From assembly GCA_044345405.1 (NCBI GenBank), contig JBIJBE010000003.1, forward strand, positions 32,001 to 96,000: 64,000 bases of DNA. Reading direction: 5' to 3'. This stretch comes from Bdellovibrionota bacterium. GTDB taxonomy: Bacteria > Bdellovibrionota_C > UBA2361 > OMII01. This document shows positions 59,158 to 64,000 of the stretch, piece by piece. The position numbers were made by a program, and so were the translations under genes. Under the pieces are notes generated by a model. The model was not told the DNA's origin. It made no database searches and was given only the letters and a program-made list of their open reading frames with translations. Each line of letters opens with the position of its first letter. The stretch's first letter is position 1.

Positions 59158-59550
59158 TCACTCCTCCCCCCTCAACAAAATCTCCCGCCTCTTGATCCCC
59201 TCCGCGCCGGCCTCCTCCACAACCATTCCACGCATCGTTATCTCCACAACGCGAGCGCCTTCATTACCGATCACGGTACCTCTCTCAACTTTGTATCCGA
59301 TCCCCTCAGGATTCTCGACGCTCGCGAATCGTTCTCCTTGGGTGTTAGTGATTATCGCGGTGAGGGTGAGCGCCGTTATCGGATACCTTTGAAGGGGTGG
59401 GATGGCGGTTAACGGGCGAGGCATCGGGGTTGTCTCCACGGGCTGGAAGAGGTTGCGTCGGGTTCGCGGGACCTCCCCATGACCGTGCGGGCAACTGAGG
59501 AGTGTAAAGATGGATGTCACGATAGGTACGAATCTGTTCATGCGAACCAT
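59158..59550 (-). CDS. pilP: Type IV pilus assembly PilP-like protein
   Basis: R.NLFQP, PLQRY.I..L.L.AII, A.VE.P.G.GY.V..G..IG and I...G..VEE motifs. Confidence 0.72.
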   Translation of the reverse strand: MVRMNRFVPIVTSIFTLLSCPHGHGEVPRTRRNLFQPVETTPMPRPLTAIPPLQRYPITALTLTAIITNTQGERFASVENPEGIGYKVERGTVIGNEGARVVEITMRGMVVEEAGAEGIKRREILLRGEE

Positions 59551-59725
59551 AGCGTAGGGATGGATCCAGTGGGTCTGAGACGGCGGAGGGATATCGAACG
59601 ATCGGGGGAAAATGTGCGTATCACCGCTGAGAGCGGGTCGAAATCAGGTATTGATGCCAGAGAGGATTGGGAGGAAGAAATTTTTTTGATTGGGAAGGTA
59701 GTTACTTGAAAATGGACGAAAAAAA

Positions 59726-59800
59726 TCGGGGTGAGAGGATTTGAACCTCCGACCCCTAGTTCCCAAAACTAGTGCTCTAGCCGGGCTGAGCTACACCCCG
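59726..59800 (-). tRNA. tRNA-Pro (TGG); CCA not encoded
   Basis: CGGGGTGTAGCTCAGCCCGGCTAGAGCA-CTAGT-TT-TGG-GA-ACTAG-GGGTC-GGAGGTTCAAATCCTCT-CACCCCGA folds as a cloverleaf. Confidence 0.96.
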
Positions 59801-60102
59801 ATACGTCCGTAACGTGCTGGGGAGGTTAGCCTCTCTGGCGGATAGAATCAAGCGGGAGAGGGAGCCTTTTCGTGCTTGGGGAGAGGCAAGCCCCTCAGGG
59901 GAACCCTAATTCCGTGAACGTGCTTGTGTAGTTGGACGTTTCCAAGGGAGGAAACTAGCCGATAGGGGATCTTTTGGGACGGGTACCTTCACGTTCACGT
60001 TTACGTGCACGAGGACGTTGCGGGTGCCTGAGGTAGCGCGGCTCAGGAGTGGGTGGCACCCTCTAGGCAAAGTCTGATATACCGAAACAACTTGGAGGAC
60101 TT

Positions 60103-61500
60103 ATGCCCAACTACGTTTCAATTCGCGATATTTCGAACGATAAGGTGCCCGTAGGAACGCTCCAGCTCGCCGGCTGGATTAGGACTCACCGTCAATCGAA
60201 GCGGGTGTCCTTCATCGAGTTGTCAGATGGAACCTCCGTTACGAACCTCCAACTCGTGGTTGACCCTCAGTTGCCGGGCTATGCCGAGATCGCTCCAAAG
60301 CTCTCGACCGGCGCCTCCATCAAGGTCTCGGGTGAGCTCGTGATCTCACCTGCCAAGGGGCAGAAGTATGAGTTTCAGGTGAAGGAGCTTGAACTTCTCG
60401 GTGAGGCAGACCCTGAGAGCTATCCGCTCCAGAAGAAGGGGCACACCCTTGAGTTCCTTCGTGAGCAGCTTCATCTCCGTCCTCGAACCGCCACGATGGG
60501 CGCGGTGTTGCGCGTTCGATCCGCGGCAGCGTTCGCTGTTCACAAGTTCTTCACCGAGCGTGGATTCTTTTACATCCACACTCCGATCATCAGCACATCT
60601 GATTGCGAGGGAGCTGGTGAGATGTTCCACGTTTCGACCTTCGATCCGGAGAACCCTCCGCGCGTGAACGGCAAGGTTGACTTCTCTCAGGATTTCTTCA
60701 AGGAGCCAGCGAGCCTTACCGTTTCAGGACAGCTGGAAGGGGAGATCTGCGCGATGGGCCTCTCGAAGATCTACACCTTCGGCCCAACCTTTAGAGCTGA
60801 GAATTCAAATACCACGCGCCACCTCGCGGAGTTCTGGATGATCGAGCCGGAGATGGCCTTCTTCGAGTTGCAGGACAATATGCTCCTTGCGCAAGAGTTC
60901 GTTCAGGATGTTTTGAAGCAGGTGTTGCACTCATCCGCCTCTGAGCTTGAGTTCCTTGCCTCGCAGGAGTGGGCTCAGGAGGGGCACCTTGAAAACCTTC
61001 GTCGAGTCGCGGAGACACCGTTCACGACGATGGATTACACGGACGCCGTCCGTATCCTTGAGCAGAGTGGAAAGAGCTTTGAATATCCGGTGACATGGGG
61101 AATCGACCTCCAGTCTGAGCATGAGCGATTTTTAACTGATGAATACGTAAAGGGGCCGGTTACCGTTGTGAACTACCCGAAGGACATCAAGGCGTTCTAC
61201 ATGCGCCTCAATGAGGACGGTAAGACCGTTCGCGCGATGGATGTGCTTGTGCCGCGTTTGGGTGAGATCGTTGGAGGCTCTCAACGTGAGGAGCGCCACG
61301 ATGTTCTTCTTGAGAAGATCCGCGCGATGGGACTGGATGAGCGATCGTACTGGTGGTACCTCGAACTTCGCAAGTTCGGAACCGTTCCGCACTCCGGCTT
61401 CGGGCTCGGTTTTGAGCGGTTGCTTATGTACCTCACCGGTATGACGAATATCCGAGATGTTATTGGATTCCCTCGATTCCCTGGGTTCGCCAAGTTCTAG
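60103..61500 (+). CDS. asnS: Asparagine--tRNA ligase
   Basis: GWIRT.R, YPLQKK.H..EFLR, DCEGAGE.F, LTVSGQL, FRAENSNT.RHLAEFWMIEPE and GFGLGFER motifs. Confidence 0.97.
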   Translation: MPNYVSIRDISNDKVPVGTLQLAGWIRTHRQSKRVSFIELSDGTSVTNLQLVVDPQLPGYAEIAPKLSTGASIKVSGELVISPAKGQKYEFQVKELELLGEADPESYPLQKKGHTLEFLREQLHLRPRTATMGAVLRVRSAAAFAVHKFFTERGFFYIHTPIISTSDCEGAGEMFHVSTFDPENPPRVNGKVDFSQDFFKEPASLTVSGQLEGEICAMGLSKIYTFGPTFRAENSNTTRHLAEFWMIEPEMAFFELQDNMLLAQEFVQDVLKQVLHSSASELEFLASQEWAQEGHLENLRRVAETPFTTMDYTDAVRILEQSGKSFEYPVTWGIDLQSEHERFLTDEYVKGPVTVVNYPKDIKAFYMRLNEDGKTVRAMDVLVPRLGEIVGGSQREERHDVLLEKIRAMGLDERSYWWYLELRKFGTVPHSGFGLGFERLLMYLTGMTNIRDVIGFPRFPGFAKF

Positions 61501-61600
61501 CGTCTGGTATTATCACCTATGCGCTTTCGTGTGAGGCGGGGTATACTAGTGGGGAGAGGTGACACAGCGACAGGGCGTGTCCCCACGGTAGTTATTCCTC

Positions 61601-62815
61601 ATGGCGTTCGACGAAAAAACAAAACGACTCATTGAAAAGACAGAGGCATACGCCGCGCATAACTACGCGCCCCTGCCGATCGTGATTGAGTCGGCCAAAG
61701 GGGTGTGGGTAACGGATGTTGATGGGCATCGCTACCTCGATTTTTTAAGCGCGTATAGCGCGCTCAACTTCGGACACTGCAACGAACGGATCGCGAAGGT
61801 CGCGCACGCGCAACTCGACAAAGTAACGCTCACCTCGCGAGCCTTTTACTCGGAGCAGTTCGCGCTTCTCTCGGAGGATCTCGCCAAGTTCTGTCGGAAG
61901 GACAAGGTTCTCGTAATGAACTCAGGCGCCGAGGCGGTTGAGACCTCGATCAAAGCCGCGCGTCGATGGGCTTATGACGTCAAGAAGATCTCAGAGGAAA
62001 AAGCCGAGATTATAACGTGTGATGGAAACTTCCACGGTCGAACGACGACGATCGTGAGTTTTAGCACCTCAGAGGATAGTCGGCGCGCGTTTGGCCCCTA
62101 CACTCCTGGGTTCACAAGCGTTCCGTTTGGCGACGCCACCGCGGTTGAGGCCGCGATTACGCCTAATACCGCGGCGGTGATGGTTGAGCCCATTCAAGGG
62201 GAGGGGGGTGTTATTATCCCGCCAGATGGATATCTAGCGAAGGTGCGGGAGATCTGCACGCGACACAACGTGCTGCTCATCGCCGACGAGATACAAACCG
62301 GCATGTGTCGGACCGGAAAGATCTTCGCGTGTGATCACGAGAACGTTGATCCCGATATTGTTATCCTCGCGAAGTCGCTCGGGGGCGGTATCGCGCCGAT
62401 CTCCTGCATCGCCGCGAATGACTCCGTCATGCATGTATTTTCCCCGGGCTCGCACGGATCAACGATGGGAGGCAATCCCTTTGCCTGCGCCATCGCTCGG
62501 GAGGTAATCGCTATCATCAACGAGGAGAAACCCCACGAGCGAGCCGCGGAGCTTGGAGCGTACGCGGTAGAGCGCTTGCGAGCTATGAGGTCTCCTATCG
62601 TGAGAGAGGTGCGCGGTCGAGGTCTCCTTATCGGAATCGATATCGATCCCGCCGCTGGTAGCGCCAAGGATTTCTGTAAGAAACTCAAGTACGAGGGGCT
62701 GCTCTGTAAGGATACACGGATGCAGACCCTTCGAGTCGCTCCTCCGCTGATCATTACCAAAGAGGAGCTCGATCTTGGGTTGGAGAAGTTTGAGCGGGTG
62801 TTGGGGGCGAGCTAG
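61601..62815 (+). CDS. rocD: Ornithine aminotransferase
   Basis: AHNY.PLP, DFLSAYSA.NFGH, LTSRAF, MNSGAEAVET, EPIQGE.G, DEIQTG and HGST.GGNP motifs. Confidence 0.92.
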   Translation: MAFDEKTKRLIEKTEAYAAHNYAPLPIVIESAKGVWVTDVDGHRYLDFLSAYSALNFGHCNERIAKVAHAQLDKVTLTSRAFYSEQFALLSEDLAKFCRKDKVLVMNSGAEAVETSIKAARRWAYDVKKISEEKAEIITCDGNFHGRTTTIVSFSTSEDSRRAFGPYTPGFTSVPFGDATAVEAAITPNTAAVMVEPIQGEGGVIIPPDGYLAKVREICTRHNVLLIADEIQTGMCRTGKIFACDHENVDPDIVILAKSLGGGIAPISCIAANDSVMHVFSPGSHGSTMGGNPFACAIAREVIAIINEEKPHERAAELGAYAVERLRAMRSPIVREVRGRGLLIGIDIDPAAGSAKDFCKKLKYEGLLCKDTRMQTLRVAPPLIITKEELDLGLEKFERVLGAS

Positions 62816-62828
62816 GAACCCTGTGGAG

Positions 62829-62920
62829 GGGAGGGCGACCGTCCCCGGTCGCCGTGTGGTTTTATCACCTGATTTTTTTGGGCATGAAATATTTCGGCGA
62901 CCAGGAGTGGTCGCCCTCCC
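62829..62920. repeat. REPIN-like doublet, empty form (no insert)
   Basis: gggagggcgaccgtccccggtcgcc, a 42-nt spacer, then ggcgaccaggagtggtcgccctccc. Confidence 0.9.
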
Positions 62921-62945
62921 ATGTGCCGGACGCTTTTTTCGCCCC

Positions 62946-64000
62946 CTACGCAATCCCCCGCAACGCCCGATCATCTCGGCACAGCTTGCCGAACTCGTTC
63001 GCGAGGAAGTCGGTCAGTGAGATGTCTTCGGCTCGAATGAAACCTGACTTCTTCCCGATCGCACCTGAGAGAAGGAGATCGATAGGCGCGCATATTCCCG
63101 CGGCGGTTGTCACTTGAATGGCGCTAAAATGTTTTCCACTCACGATCTGATTGTACACACAACTCGCGTAGGTCTTTTGAGTTCTCACCCCTTTGAGAGT
63201 GCCTGACGCCTCAACAAAGATGATGCATTTATCCTGTCCCGTCGTTGGGATGCTTCGCTCAAATACCTGCTTGAGTCCGTCACGATCGTTGATGAATTTA
63301 AGGTCGTGAAGAAGGAATGACACAAACTCTCTGTGTCCCGGATAGCGGATCGTCTTATAGTTGAGGTCGCATACCTTCCCATGAAGCGCGTCGGCGAGGG
63401 TGCCGAGCCCACCCGAGGTATTAAACGCCTCGTACTCATCTCCATCAAATGAGAATTTCTCGAGGCCCTCGAGCGCTGGCACCGTGAGCTTGACGCCCCC
63501 CTGAATAACCTCGCACGGATTGCAGTACTCATTGATCAATCCGTCGGTAGACCATGTGAGGTTGTACATCAACCGATTCGTGGGATACATCGGAAGCGCT
63601 CCGACTCGAAGCTTGAGTGAATCCACCGAATCTAAGAGGCCGACCAGATGCGCCGCGGCAATGCTGATAAATCCCGGAGCGAGTCCACACTGCGGCATAA
63701 AGCAGGAGCGCGAATTCTGTGAGAGTTGCGCGATGAATTTCGAGGTCTCCACGTCCTCAGTAAGGTCCGCGTAGTGAATTCCGACGTCGTGAGCCGCTTG
63801 GGCGACAGCTCTGTTGCAAAAGAAGGGAAGGGCGCTGATGACGATCTCGCAATCAGCGAGAAGTTTTCTCAATGAAGCGGCGTCATTGAGATTGACGAGG
63901 TGGGCTTCGCAGCAGCTCTTATCACGAGCGGCGATCTCCGCTCGTTTGAGGTCGAGATCGCACACCTTAACCTTATACCGTCCCGAGGCGGCGAAGAGCG
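62946..64000 (-). CDS. Saccharopine dehydrogenase / lysine 6-dehydrogenase family protein; 5' end beyond the window
   Basis: DLTEDV, PQCGLAPG, RVGALP, YNLTWS..GLINEY, EAFNTSGG and YKTIRYPGH motifs. Confidence 0.9.
   Translation of the reverse strand, partial: LFAASGRYKVKVCDLDLKRAEIAARDKSCCEAHLVNLNDAASLRKLLADCEIVISALPFFCNRAVAQAAHDVGIHYADLTEDVETSKFIAQLSQNSRSCFMPQCGLAPGFISIAAAHLVGLLDSVDSLKLRVGALPMYPTNRLMYNLTWSTDGLINEYCNPCEVIQGGVKLTVPALEGLEKFSFDGDEYEAFNTSGGLGTLADALHGKVCDLNYKTIRYPGHREFVSFLLHDLKFINDRDGLKQVFERSIPTTGQDKCIIFVEASGTLKGVRTQKTYASCVYNQIVSGKHFSAIQVTTAAGICAPIDLLLSGAIGKKSGFIRAEDISLTDFLANEFGKLCRDDRALRGIA

Noticed and set aside
59726-59800. tRNA-Pro as an island or prophage attachment site
   Set aside because: No integrase, no duplicated tRNA 3' end and no phage genes were seen in the window.
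19429-62920. REP-spacer-REP units as mini-CRISPR arrays
   Set aside because: The GGAG/CTCC tags show the units are inverted rather than direct, there are only two per locus, and they are dispersed intergenically with no cas genes.

Overview
A GC-rich (roughly 55-60% by eye) Gram-negative chromosomal segment. Gene content (HDOD, PilP, split PntA, PrkA-YeaH-SpoVR) suggests a deltaproteobacteria/Bdellovibrionota-like organism, but this is inference only. It is mostly housekeeping and envelope genes: dapC-dapD-dapE, an RND efflux trio, DAHP synthase, purL-purF, pntAA/AB/B, comM, tRNA-Pro(TGG), asnS and rocD. The most notable signal is a repeat/transposase system. An HUH (Y1/RAYT-type) transposase at 38847-39821 lies between a tandem array of a 29-bp repeat and one inverted copy. 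Its boundaries abut, within 1-3 nt, the ends of a diverged ~1.2-kb direct duplication made of the 3' part of a sigma-like gene plus the 3' end of purF. Eight intergenic REP/REPIN-like hairpin loci are spread across the window. They show covarying stems, constant-length GAAA...AC spacers, a second ~30-bp mini-element found only inside them, and a strand-asymmetric G/C skew in the flanking DNA. Other points of interest are a receiver-LpxC fusion divergent from a PAS kinase and HDOD gene, an unannotated W/Y/F-rich leader peptide before DAHP synthase, an RSPP-ending Cys/His uORF before a His-rich outer-membrane protein, a DUF2322-like/DapD fusion, and a guanylate-kinase-like/AbiEii-like nucleotidyltransferase fusion in a glycerol-3-phosphate locus. 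All family calls come from motif recognition by eye; no database searches were run.
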